Below are positions 19,901 to 28,995 of a DNA stretch of 64,000 bases, one piece after another; the first letter of the stretch is position 1, and the number at the start of each line of letters is the position of its first letter. The notes below the pieces were generated by a model that worked only from the letters and a program-made list of their open reading frames with translations, was not told the DNA's origin and did no database searches. A program made the translations under genes and the position numbers. This stretch comes from Acidimicrobiaceae bacterium (lineage in GTDB: Bacteria; Actinomycetota; Acidimicrobiia; Acidimicrobiales; MedAcidi-G1). The DNA is taken from NCBI GenBank assembly GCA_002729765.1, contig PBYV01000081.1, positions 10,377 to 74,376 on the forward strand, read 5' to 3'.

Positions 19901-21156
19901 ATTCTTTTTCTTTCTGTTAGGCATTCATATCCTACCATCATTGAAGCTATATTATAATGATTTATTAATGTATCATTTTTCTTACAATATCGTTTATTCT
20001 TTAATGAACGTTCGAAAAAATCTTGTATATCACTTTTCTGTTCTGTCCAATACTCCCACCATTCTGAATCTTTTCTTTCACTTAATATATAATGATATTT
20101 TACAAATTCTTTGGTGTGCTTTAAAAATTTATCCATAATTTTATTAAGAGTTTCTATTCTTTTACCTCTCTTAATAATTTCAACGAATTTTTCAACTGTA
20201 TAACAAGTCATCATTAATGATGTTGCTTCTAACGGTTCAATAAAGCTTTGTGCTAAGCCATTACTAATACAATTTTTAATTGCAATATCTTTCATTTTAC
20301 CAGATACAAAACTTTTCTTTTCTCCTTCTATACCTGATTCCTCCATTGCCTTTTCATGACTTGTTAAATGATCACAATAAACATAACCGGCATTCGTTCT
20401 ATCTTGAGTATCTATCTCCCATCGCCAACCATTTTTTAATGCAGTTGTTACTGTATAAGGTCTTTTTTTATGTTTATCTAATTTACCAACAATATACGAA
20501 TTAGCTATCATATCTTCATAAGGTTCAAAAGATGATAATCTATTAATCAATATTCTTTCAAATCCGGAACAATCTATAAAATAATCTGCATGTAGTATAT
20601 GGTTTTCTGTTCCAATAGAATGTATTCCGTGTTTATCTAAAAGAACAGTAGTAACATCTTCTTCAATTAAATTATATTCACCCTCCAATTCATTTTTACA
20701 AGCAAGCCCCAATTTATCTGCCTGTACTTGAAATCCATATCCTGGAATTGAATTATTTTTAGTATCCATTATATTATTTTTACATTTAACTAAAAAATCA
20801 CCATGATAATAATTAAATGTAGTAGTATCAATTTTAGGATGTTCATTTCTTAAATATTCAATAGAGTCAACATCATCTTTTATAAAAGCATCTTCAAATA
20901 AATGATACCATTCACTATTAGGTCTTAGCCAGTCGTTAAATTTTATTCCATACTTAATAAGGGCTTTACTATCTTCTTGCCATGACTTAACATCTTCTAT
21001 AACTTTTAAAATAGTAGGTGTTGTTGATTCTCCTACACCTATAATTTCATTTTCTTTTTTATGGACAACTGTTAATTCACAATCTAAATTTCTTTTTAGA
21101 TAATGAGATGTAATCCATCCTGCGGCGCCTCCACCAACTACTACGAATCTAACCAT
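19897..21156 (-). CDS. Tryptophan halogenase (PrnA)-like flavoprotein
   Basis: GGGAAG, IGVGEST, IKYGIKF, FIDCSGF, GWRWEI, FIEPLEATS. Confidence 0.85.
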   Translation of the reverse strand: MVRFVVVGGGAAGWITSHYLKRNLDCELTVVHKKENEIIGVGESTTPTILKVIEDVKSWQEDSKALIKYGIKFNDWLRPNSEWYHLFEDAFIKDDVDSIEYLRNEHPKIDTTTFNYYHGDFLVKCKNNIMDTKNNSIPGYGFQVQADKLGLACKNELEGEYNLIEEDVTTVLLDKHGIHSIGTENHILHADYFIDCSGFERILINRLSSFEPYEDMIANSYIVGKLDKHKKRPYTVTTALKNGWRWEIDTQDRTNAGYVYCDHLTSHEKAMEESGIEGEKKSFVSGKMKDIAIKNCISNGLAQSFIEPLEATSLMMTCYTVEKFVEIIKRGKRIETLNKIMDKFLKHTKEFVKYHYILSERKDSEWWEYWTEQKSDIQDFFERSLKNKRYCKKNDTLINHYNIASMMVGYECLTERKRI

Positions 21157-22286
21157 GATATTAAATGAGGATGTAAATAATTTTTATATTGCTGATTCCT
21201 AGAATAATCAAATAGAGTTATTTCTCTAAGCATTTTTTCTTTATCTTCTACATTTCTTCTAAAATATGAATTACGAATTTGAGTAAATTTTTTCGAATCT
21301 AACCAAGGAATATGTTCTAATAATTGTCTACTTAAATATATTGGGCTTATGCCTCGTTGATCTGGATACACTTCACAATATGAAATATAAACTTTCTTCG
21401 GGAGAGTACAACACCACTGCCAATGGTCGTGTAATTCTAAAATATTTAGAGCGGAAACAACAACCGCAATATTTACTCTTCCTAAATTTGTTGATGCTTT
21501 TAAAAATAATCTTACAGACCTATCAAGCTCATCAAACGATTGAGGATATCTTATATATTCGTAACATTCTTCAACGGCATCTATACTTAATTTAGGATGT
21601 TGTTTTTTAAACTTATTTAACTTTTCAATTAAAAGAGGATTAAACATCGTACCGTTTGTATGATACGCGAGAATTGTATCTTTAGCCCAACCTTCAGCGA
21701 TATATTTATCAAGAAGTTTTATAATTTGATTATCAAAGAACGGTTCCCCACCGCTAAATCTAAGTTCCTTTACAGGATTATTTAAGAGCCATTGATATTG
21801 TTTGGTATTGATAGTTTTTGGAATTGTCATCCGCCCTCTAAATTTACCACACGTGGCTTCTTCGACTTCGTGAAGCAAATGTTCTTTACTAAAGAATTCA
21901 AAGTCTAACATTAATCTATGACTTGTTTGAGGATCACACATCCTGCAAGCAAGATTACATTTATTAGAAGCAATGAAATCTACTACATCTAATTTTCCTC
22001 TGGGCTTAGTATCATCATTATGGATTCTGAAAGATTCGATACCTCTATCTTCCATATCCCAACAAGTTTTACAAAACGGGTGTTTTTTATTATTGGAAAG
22101 GGCTTCTCGTAATTCTTTAAACTGTTTAGAATTAAAAGCTTCTTCAGGTGTGAAATCTGTATTCTGCCAATCCATTGGATCTTCCCAATCTGGTCGCGAC
22201 ATATTACAGCAGGGATGGAACCATTTAATTCTATCACCATCCCAATCTCTAATAGTTATTTGCTTAAAAGGATAACTGCATAACAT
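21141..22286 (-). CDS. Radical SAM protein with N-terminal twitch domain
   Basis: CSYPF..PCC, CKTCWDME..G..SFR, CNLACRMC, SGGEP, HTNGT; paralogue of 2954..4129. Confidence 0.88.
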   Translation of the reverse strand: MLCSYPFKQITIRDWDGDRIKWFHPCCNMSRPDWEDPMDWQNTDFTPEEAFNSKQFKELREALSNNKKHPFCKTCWDMEDRGIESFRIHNDDTKPRGKLDVVDFIASNKCNLACRMCDPQTSHRLMLDFEFFSKEHLLHEVEEATCGKFRGRMTIPKTINTKQYQWLLNNPVKELRFSGGEPFFDNQIIKLLDKYIAEGWAKDTILAYHTNGTMFNPLLIEKLNKFKKQHPKLSIDAVEECYEYIRYPQSFDELDRSVRLFLKASTNLGRVNIAVVVSALNILELHDHWQWCCTLPKKVYISYCEVYPDQRGISPIYLSRQLLEHIPWLDSKKFTQIRNSYFRRNVEDKEKMLREITLFDYSRNQQYKNYLHPHLISWLDS

Positions 22287-23092
22287 TAGTTTACATAAAA
22301 ATCATCATCTGGAATTCCAGGTTTCCAACCCAATCTTTTAATCTCGGTGGGGTCAGCGCATGTTTCTTCACTCTCGCCTTCTACATTTTTAAATTCAATT
22401 GAATTAATATCAACACCTTCAGGTGCATGTTCTTTAGCAAAATCATAAACGGATTTAGGAGTACCGTATCCAATATCATAAACCCTTTGAAAATGTTGAT
22501 ATGATATAAATGTTTTTCTCATAAGTAAGTATATTGCTTTTACACAATCACCCACATATAACCAATCTCTCGTATGTGTTGTTAAATATCCAATATTTCC
22601 TTCTTGTAGTTGCCTATAAAACATATCAGGCCGAGATTGAGGACCCCATACTGTAAAGAATCTCATTCCTATAGCATTTTGTGGTGCCATAGCTTCGCAT
22701 GCAAATTTTGTCATTGCATAAGGACTTTTCATATCTGAAACAGAAGAACTTGATGCGTAAAAGATTCTAGAATTTTTATAAGTTTCGAAAATACGTTTGG
22801 TGCCTTTTATGTTTGTATCACTATATTTTCGTAAATGTTTTGGATCCCAACTTTCTCGAACGCCTGCTTTAGCAGCTAAATGAACAACAACGTCAACATC
22901 ATCATGCGGTAAAGGATCTTTAGTGATATCACAATCTTCATGAGGTACATCTCGATCTTCCCACCCTAATCCTGAACAATTATCAATACCGTGAACTTCA
23001 TGTCCTTGTTCAGTTAAAAAATTATATAAGTGATGACCAATAAATCCTTTAACGCCAGTAATTAAAATTGTTCTACATCTACTTTCGCTCAT
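22286..23092 (-). CDS. NAD-dependent nucleotide-sugar epimerase/dehydratase
   Basis: ITGVKGFIG, HLAAKAGVR, ASSSS, YAMTK, RFFTVWGP..RPDM. Start moved to the ATGA overlap at 23092. Confidence 0.85.
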   Translation of the reverse strand: MSESRCRTILITGVKGFIGHHLYNFLTEQGHEVHGIDNCSGLGWEDRDVPHEDCDITKDPLPHDDVDVVVHLAAKAGVRESWDPKHLRKYSDTNIKGTKRIFETYKNSRIFYASSSSVSDMKSPYAMTKFACEAMAPQNAIGMRFFTVWGPQSRPDMFYRQLQEGNIGYLTTHTRDWLYVGDCVKAIYLLMRKTFISYQHFQRVYDIGYGTPKSVYDFAKEHAPEGVDINSIEFKNVEGESEETCADPTEIKRLGWKPGIPDDDFYVN

Positions 23093-23733
23093 AGCCATTC
23101 TTGTAATGTTGTTTCGAGAGTCTTCCAATAATTAAAAGATTTCTCTTCGAAGATTTGTGGTTCTTCGTTTTCAACCCCAATTACTATAACAATATTATTA
23201 ATAGGAATTTCTGTTCTTTCTTCAAACATTATTGAATAAGCTGTTGCTTGAAGAAAATATTCTTCAACCCATTCTTTCTTTTTAGGTTTTCCGGAAGTCT
23301 TCCAATCTATAATTGCTTTTTGACCTTTCCAATCTGCGACACAGTCACAGCGACCAGCAACACCTAATTGTTTACTCCATAATGGAATTTCGATTCCTGC
23401 AATATTAGAAAGATTATTATCTAGGAAGGGTTTAATTGAATTGAACATTGCACGAACATTTGGTTGTGAATCTTCGAAATAATTTTCTTTATTATCGATA
23501 TAATTTTCTACAACTTTGTGTACTTTTGTTCCACGGCGAGTAGCTTGAGTTGTTATTTTATTTGCTTCTTCTTCACCAATTCTAGCTCTCCATTCTTTAA
23601 AAAATTGGGCTTTCTTTCTACCCAACACTGTTGTAATTGATGGAAAGGATCCATCTGGTGTTTCATAAACACGGGCACCGTTTGTGGTTTTAGATTTCAA
23701 TTCTTCAAATTCAAGTTCTACATGATCAAACAT
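23089..23733 (-). CDS. PD-(D/E)xK exonuclease conserved in T4-like phages
   Basis: PSITTVL, RGT.VH, AGRCD, IIDWKTS, Y.LQ..AY. Confidence 0.8.
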   Translation of the reverse strand: MFDHVELEFEELKSKTTNGARVYETPDGSFPSITTVLGRKKAQFFKEWRARIGEEEANKITTQATRRGTKVHKVVENYIDNKENYFEDSQPNVRAMFNSIKPFLDNNLSNIAGIEIPLWSKQLGVAGRCDCVADWKGQKAIIDWKTSGKPKKKEWVEEYFLQATAYSIMFEERTEIPINNIVIVIGVENEEPQIFEEKSFNYWKTLETTLQEWL

Positions 23734-23989
23734 TCATATTACTCCCAGGATAATTCCTTTTCATTTGTTTCAGGTGGTCAGTGAAAGCCTCATCTGGCTT
23801 CTTCTTATGACCCTTTGCTGTAGTACCTGAAATATTATCATAAACAAAGCTTGGACATGCAACTTTCTGTTGAATTCTCCCACTGCATTTCGGACAAGGG
23901 CTTTCCAAAGGCTCATGCCTTCTTGCAATGGGGAGAATATCTTCGAATTCGTAATCACAATCCACGCAACCATAATCATATGTTGGCAT
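23726..23989 (-). CDS. FmdB-family zinc-ribbon protein
   Basis: MPTYDYGCVDC...CPKC. Confidence 0.8.
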   Translation of the reverse strand: MPTYDYGCVDCDYEFEDILPIARRHEPLESPCPKCSGRIQQKVACPSFVYDNISGTTAKGHKKKPDEAFTDHLKQMKRNYPGSNMNV

Positions 23990-23992
23990 AAT

Positions 23993-24649
23993 TTACCTAT
24001 AAAAAATGTGTGTATCTATTTTAACCGTTTTTCGCTTATATGACGCCCAACGGGGATCATTAATATAATCAGCATGGTAATGTGTTGCTCCATCTGTTAT
24101 ATCTCTCATATCATCATTATGATAGAACCATGTGGCTAGCGATTGAATTGATCTCCAATTTCTGCCTTGAAATGGTTCATCATGTTTACCATCGCAGTAC
24201 CACGAAAACTGGCATTGATCCCTCTTAGGGAACCCGTTTGCGTGATGCCTACCCTCATAAATGACGTTACAGTAAGTATTAGGAAAATAATTGCTTGTTA
24301 CTCTATTATGTGTAACGTGAGCTACTGCCAGTTTTCCTGCTGTACTTTCTACTGCGGCTTCAAAATATATATTCTTAGCCAGACAAGCGATTTCTTGATA
24401 TGCTTTATTGGCTGGTGATATTAATGTACTCGGATCGACAACTCTTTGTAAGCTGAATCCTCCAGTATGATTTGCATTAGTCATGCCGGGCAAATGCCTC
24501 TTTGCATTCGCCATTGTGAACGAATCTGCCGGTTGGTTAAGCGTTGAAGGTACAATCTTCGCCGCATCCGCTTCAGTCGTTTGGATGACTATTTTTGCTG
24601 GGTAAAATGTTATTATTACCGCCATAACAAAAGCTAATAAAATCTTCAT
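23993..24649 (-). CDS. Cell wall hydrolase (SleB/Hydrolase_2 family)
   Basis: N-terminal signal/TM segment, CLAKNIYFEA, NRV, CQFSWYCDG, GATHYHA, HIFY. Confidence 0.85.
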   Translation of the reverse strand: MKILLAFVMAVIITFYPAKIVIQTTEADAAKIVPSTLNQPADSFTMANAKRHLPGMTNANHTGGFSLQRVVDPSTLISPANKAYQEIACLAKNIYFEAAVESTAGKLAVAHVTHNRVTSNYFPNTYCNVIYEGRHHANGFPKRDQCQFSWYCDGKHDEPFQGRNWRSIQSLATWFYHNDDMRDITDGATHYHADYINDPRWASYKRKTVKIDTHIFYR

Positions 24650-24696
24650 ATAGTTACTCCGAAATGTTAATTCACACTTCCATAATTATACAATTT

Positions 24697-25200
24697 TTAT
24701 ATGTTGCTTGATTTCTTTTGCTTTTTCTTTTCTTTAGGCTCTTCCTTAAGAACCTCTTTTTGTAACGGTGGTAGCAAATGGGGGAAAGTTTCAACTACGA
24801 GCTGATACGTTAAACCTTTAACACCAAGATCCTTTGCTTTTATATTAACAAGGAACTCTGCTTCTCTGGGTGTAACGCCTTCTAGCATTTGTATATACAT
24901 AGTCTCTCTTTTTACAGAATTAATATTTCTTCCTACGCAAAAAGCTTCTCCACCTGGGCCGTCAACAAAATATCTTAATTTTCGTATTTGTTGATACAAC
25001 ATAGTTGATGATGGATCTTCAGCACCCGCGTTAAAAGGTGGCTTCCCCTTAGGCAACAAAAATTTTACATCTGGATGAAATGTATACCACAATAAATTTT
25101 CCAGATGGTCTGTTTGATTGTTCTTAAGTAGCTCTCCTCTCTCTTCCTGGCTCTTTGCCTTATCTACTAATTCTAATAATTCTAATAATGATGTAGCCAT
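24697..25200 (-). CDS. Conserved T4-like phage hypothetical protein
   Basis: LP.GKPPF and KRE.M.IQMLEG...EAE pattern typical of the gene next to rnh in marine T4-like phages. Confidence 0.65.
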   Translation of the reverse strand: MATSLLELLELVDKAKSQEERGELLKNNQTDHLENLLWYTFHPDVKFLLPKGKPPFNAGAEDPSSTMLYQQIRKLRYFVDGPGGEAFCVGRNINSVKRETMYIQMLEGVTPREAEFLVNIKAKDLGVKGLTYQLVVETFPHLLPPLQKEVLKEEPKEKKKQKKSSNI

Positions 25201-25203
25201 AAT

Positions 25204-26061
25204 CTAAAACTCCTGTATCGATTCAGTCATATCTTTTAATCGATGCTTAATGAAATAATTAAGCATTCTATCGCGACCTAAAAATTGGTCGCTTTCATAA
25301 CGTGTTCTTATATTTATCTCGATTTTATCTGGGATACAACCCAAATCAATCAATGTTTCGTTGCGTTTAAAGTTTCTAAGAATCTCTCCCTCGAATGCTT
25401 TTTCCGGTGTTATATTTAGCCAATCAAGGATTTTTCTCTTAGATAATGGCTTCTGTCTTAGGCCTTCTACAAGGCAAGTATCACCTGAAAGAATATTAGG
25501 GATACCGTCAGTTCTATCACCTTTTACTATCAAGGCGCGCAATTGTTTTTCCGGTTCTGGTTCTTTAATGAATTTTTTAGTTCGAGGAGACCATTGATAA
25601 ACGTTAGGATATCGTTGTAATTGAATAAAATCCTTATCAGAGGAAACTATTAATATATTATAATCTCTAGAAGAATAATCCTTACAAATAACACCTATAA
25701 TGTCATCAGCTTCACAACCATCCAGAGCAACTACTCTATAAGGCATATTTTCCGCCATTTCATCTCGTATTCCATCAAGAATCCCAAATAGCGCTGGCCA
25801 ATCAACATTTTGTTTATTTTCTTCTCTCGCTTTCTTTCTATTAGCCTTATATTGTGGGAAAAACTCTTTTCTCCAATTATTTTTGCTATCACAACAAAAG
25901 ACAATATCTTTTCCATACTTGGCACTAAATTTTGTTTTAATCATTTTAATATTATTAAGAACCATGTGCCTCATTACATCATTTTCTTTTCCTGGTTCAA
26001 AATGTTTTTGAAATTGCATAAAGTTTGCAATTATCATTTGATTGTAATCAATTAATATCAT
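25204..26061 (-). CDS. rnh: T4-type RNase H (5'-3' exonuclease)
   Basis: MILIDYNQ, YKANRK, EADDII, SSDKDF.QL, GD..DGIPN. Confidence 0.92.
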   Translation of the reverse strand: MILIDYNQMIIANFMQFQKHFEPGKENDVMRHMVLNNIKMIKTKFSAKYGKDIVFCCDSKNNWRKEFFPQYKANRKKAREENKQNVDWPALFGILDGIRDEMAENMPYRVVALDGCEADDIIGVICKDYSSRDYNILIVSSDKDFIQLQRYPNVYQWSPRTKKFIKEPEPEKQLRALIVKGDRTDGIPNILSGDTCLVEGLRQKPLSKRKILDWLNITPEKAFEGEILRNFKRNETLIDLGCIPDKIEINIRTRYESDQFLGRDRMLNYFIKHRLKDMTESIQEF

Positions 26062-26062
26062 A

Positions 26063-26830
26063 TTATTTTTTTCGTTTAAGTCTCGCCACCTTTTTAACTA
26101 TCTTTTTTTTAGATTTTTTAGTGGTTATTATTGTTTCACACTCTTCTGTCATTTTTTCATAAAATTTTATTAACCTATTTTGTTGGTGACCGCTTAAATG
26201 GCTATATGCTTCTTTAAAATCCGGATCTCCCTTTTTAGCTAATATTATTTCACTAGCTAACTCAGAAATTTCTACTTTTAAATGTTTAGCAACAGGCCTT
26301 GTGACTTTATTACGTTCTAAAAATTGTTTGAAATTAAATTTCTTTTTAAATTCATCATCGATTTGTTCATCGATAACTTCTTCTATATCATACCTCAATC
26401 TTCTCGCAGCTTCCCGGATTCTTTTTTGAATATCTGGTTTTATTTTATCGGGCTTGGAATCATTTACTACTTTGCGTACATTAGCAATCTCTTCTATCTT
26501 TTTTAACTTATCGATAAAGAGGGTTTCGAGGTGTTCTGGTAAATGATCAATCCCCCGTGTTTTTAACCGCGCAATATAACCAACATGCATTCCTACTGAT
26601 TCTAAATCTATTGGTTTAATCTTTTTAGGTGATTTACTTTTTACCTTATTCTTCTTATAATATTCTTGAACAAAATCCATGCATTCTTTGAAATCATAAA
26701 ATTTATAATACCATCTGAATGCATTATGAACTTCTTCTTCTAACTTCTCATCCTCTAAACCATCCCAATCTCTAGGATCGGGTTCTTCACCCATATGTTT
26801 TGCTTCAAGTGATCTTTTCTGAAAAGCCAT
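26063..26830 (-). CDS. Conserved hypothetical protein
   Basis: 255 aa Lys-rich ORF in operon; G.EP...AF.WY and EAYSHL pattern. Confidence 0.65.
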   Translation of the reverse strand: MAFQKRSLEAKHMGEEPDPRDWDGLEDEKLEEEVHNAFRWYYKFYDFKECMDFVQEYYKKNKVKSKSPKKIKPIDLESVGMHVGYIARLKTRGIDHLPEHLETLFIDKLKKIEEIANVRKVVNDSKPDKIKPDIQKRIREAARRLRYDIEEVIDEQIDDEFKKKFNFKQFLERNKVTRPVAKHLKVEISELASEIILAKKGDPDFKEAYSHLSGHQQNRLIKFYEKMTEECETIITTKKSKKKIVKKVARLKRKK

Positions 26831-26831
26831 T

Positions 26832-27500
26832 TTAACTCTTATTATTAATTCGTTCCTTTAATTGACACATTATGTAGTGTAAAATGATCGACATTATACC
26901 TTCACACTTTTCCATATGATTTAAATTAATATGTATATAACTTGAGAGTTTATCTTTTAAAATTCCTCCATCATATCCCAAAATACCATAAGTTTCCATC
27001 CCGTTTAAATGGGCCCATTCAACGGCATTTATAAGATTGTCACTGTTCCCACTACCACTTATAACGAATAATCCATCACCTTCATTAGCATAAGATACTA
27101 ACTGGTGCTTAAATATATTATCGTATGAATCATCGTTAGATGTAGCAGTAATGAAGCCGATATCGTTGCAAAGAGATATAGCTTTAATCCGGGGCTTTGA
27201 AATTCCATTTTCAATAGTTCCTTTTGTCAAATCTTGCGCAAAATGATTAGAGTTGCACGCACTGCCACCATTCCCACATATAAAAAATTGTTTTTCGTTT
27301 ATATATATGCTCCAAATACATTCTATTAGGTATTTTATAGAGCTTTCCTCAACTTCTTGTAAGGAATTATATATAGAAGTCGCGTGTCCTAACCATCCTA
27401 CTTTATCTTTTATTTCTATTTCAGTACCCGCTGTTATTGCGAACATTTTATTTTCTTCGATCTTTCGATTCCAGTTTATATCTATATTTTTATTAGTCAT
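26832..27500 (-). CDS. gmhA: Phosphoheptose (sedoheptulose-7-P) isomerase, SIS family
   Basis: ICGNGGSA, TATSND..Y..IF..Q, ISGSGNS.N, G.DGG.LK. Confidence 0.85.
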   Translation of the reverse strand: MTNKNIDINWNRKIEENKMFAITAGTEIEIKDKVGWLGHATSIYNSLQEVEESSIKYLIECIWSIYINEKQFFICGNGGSACNSNHFAQDLTKGTIENGISKPRIKAISLCNDIGFITATSNDDSYDNIFKHQLVSYANEGDGLFVISGSGNSDNLINAVEWAHLNGMETYGILGYDGGILKDKLSSYIHINLNHMEKCEGIMSIILHYIMCQLKERINNKS

Positions 27501-28452
27501 TGTAAAATACTATTCTAGTTCCTTGATCATCGAATTTAACATCGAACGTATCAAAAATCCTATTTCTCATATGTATCTCATTTACATTGTCAGACATAAA
27601 AAGCAAATACCCTCCTCCACCTGCTCCACATATTTTATATCCATAAGCCCAAGGAATTGAAGATTGAACAATGTTATTAATTGCTTTATTAGTAATTCCT
27701 TTAGCAAGAGTATTTTTAATTTGCATAGATTGACTCATAGACAATCCAAAATCCTCATATTCTTTATTTTTATAAAATTCTAAAGCTTGAGTACAAAAAT
27801 CATATATTCCGTCATACTTTTTAATCTTTTTTTCGATAGTTTCTTTTTGTGAGGAAAGGATTGAAGATGATTGTCTAGAGATTCCAGTGTTAATTAAAAC
27901 GAACTTTTTTTCAAACTCGCTATCATATTGTAATTCTTTAATATTTACTGCACCATCTTCAAAAAACTGAAAATGGTTAAATCCGCCGTAGCTGACAGCA
28001 AACTGATCTTGTTTCCCAATTGGCTTATCTAAGATTTCGAGCTCAATATGGCATGCTAGATGCGCTATATCAATCTGATTCATTGGCTTCTCAATCCAAG
28101 TACTCACAGCGTTTATTAATCCGACCAAAATACTCGAAGATGATGCCAAGCCAGATCCTTCAGAAGGTATGTCGGCTAAAGTGGTTATTTCGAGACCCGG
28201 TTTTACTTTAAAATACCTGAGGACTTCGCGAATATATTCATGTTCGATATCATCAATATAATTAGATGTTTCCTTTTTAGTATAATTACAAACAAATTGA
28301 TCTCGATATAATCTATTTAATATAACATAAGTAGATTTATCGATAGCAGCACTTATAACCTGGCCGCCTCTAGGTGATGAGGTATAATATTCTGGAATAT
28401 CCGTTCCGCCGCCGAAAAAACTAATCCGCAGGGGTGTTTGACATACTAACAA
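27493..28452 (-). CDS. hddA: GHMP sugar kinase, D-glycero-alpha-D-manno-heptose-7-P kinase type
   Basis: PLRISFFGGGTD, DIP..GSGLASSS, IGKQDQ, K.CGAGGGG. Confidence 0.85.
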   Translation of the reverse strand: MLVCQTPLRISFFGGGTDIPEYYTSSPRGGQVISAAIDKSTYVILNRLYRDQFVCNYTKKETSNYIDDIEHEYIREVLRYFKVKPGLEITTLADIPSEGSGLASSSSILVGLINAVSTWIEKPMNQIDIAHLACHIELEILDKPIGKQDQFAVSYGGFNHFQFFEDGAVNIKELQYDSEFEKKFVLINTGISRQSSSILSSQKETIEKKIKKYDGIYDFCTQALEFYKNKEYEDFGLSMSQSMQIKNTLAKGITNKAINNIVQSSIPWAYGYKICGAGGGGYLLFMSDNVNEIHMRNRIFDTFDVKFDDQGTRIVFYND

Positions 28453-28843
28453 TTCTCTTCTTCAATTCTGTTGATGAATAATGATGTAATCTCTTACAAT
28501 AATGAAGTTTAATGTTTCGTTCTTTACAAGTATTATAACCTGTTATAAACTTTTTGTCACGTAAATAATCTTCACCTAAAAATCTAATGTGTATTTCTGA
28601 TGTTTTTAATATACTTTTAAGATCTTCTTCTGATTCATAAGGAATAATTTCATTAACATATCTACACCCTTTTAATTGGGTGTATCGTTCGAAAACAGTC
28701 TGTATTAAATTATTTTTATGTAGTGGACTAGTATGAAGCCCGACAATTAAATAGTCGCATTTTTTTCTCGCCTCCTGTAACATTAAGATATGGCCTGCAT
28801 GTAATAGATCAAAGCTGGAAGCAGCGAACCCATTTACTTTCAT
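28421..28843 (-). CDS. Cytidylyltransferase-like nucleotidyltransferase (TagD/HldC family)
   Basis: SFDLLHAGH, LIVGL, ER, G.DY, R...YSSTELK. Confidence 0.85.
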   Translation of the reverse strand: MKVNGFAASSFDLLHAGHILMLQEARKKCDYLIVGLHTSPLHKNNLIQTVFERYTQLKGCRYVNEIIPYESEEDLKSILKTSEIHIRFLGEDYLRDKKFITGYNTCKERNIKLHYCKRLHHYSSTELKKRIVSMSNTPAD

Positions 28844-28995
28844 TATTTCTCCGTCTGGATCCTGTTGATTTCTGATACTTGTTTGACTTTTTGTATCATT
28901 TCTACGTTGGATAGTCTTTTATGTAATTGCCATCCAATTATAATCCATATTAATGTAAGCATAAGAATTAATGTTGTATTAAACCACGGCTTCAT
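28843..28995 (-). CDS. Small membrane protein, 50 aa (not in ORF track)
   Basis: MKPWFNTTLILMLTLIWIIIGWQLHKRLSNVEMIQKVKQVSEINRIQTEK. Preceded by AAGGAGGA, fills the gap exactly, and its stop overlaps the next start (TAATG). Confidence 0.6.
   Translation of the reverse strand: MKPWFNTTLILMLTLIWIIIGWQLHKRLSNVEMIQKVKQVSEINRIQTEK

Noticed and set aside
1-22286. Calling the island a classical RiPP or NRPS cluster, or a host-derived contaminant
   Set aside because: No leader/core precursor, RRE, peptidase, transporter or carrier protein is visible. The island is contiguous, co-oriented and overlap-coupled with T4-like core genes.
23089-23733. Cas4-like nuclease suggesting a CRISPR system
   Set aside because: It is the ordinary T4-like PD-(D/E)xK exonuclease without Fe-S cysteines, and I saw no repeat-spacer array.
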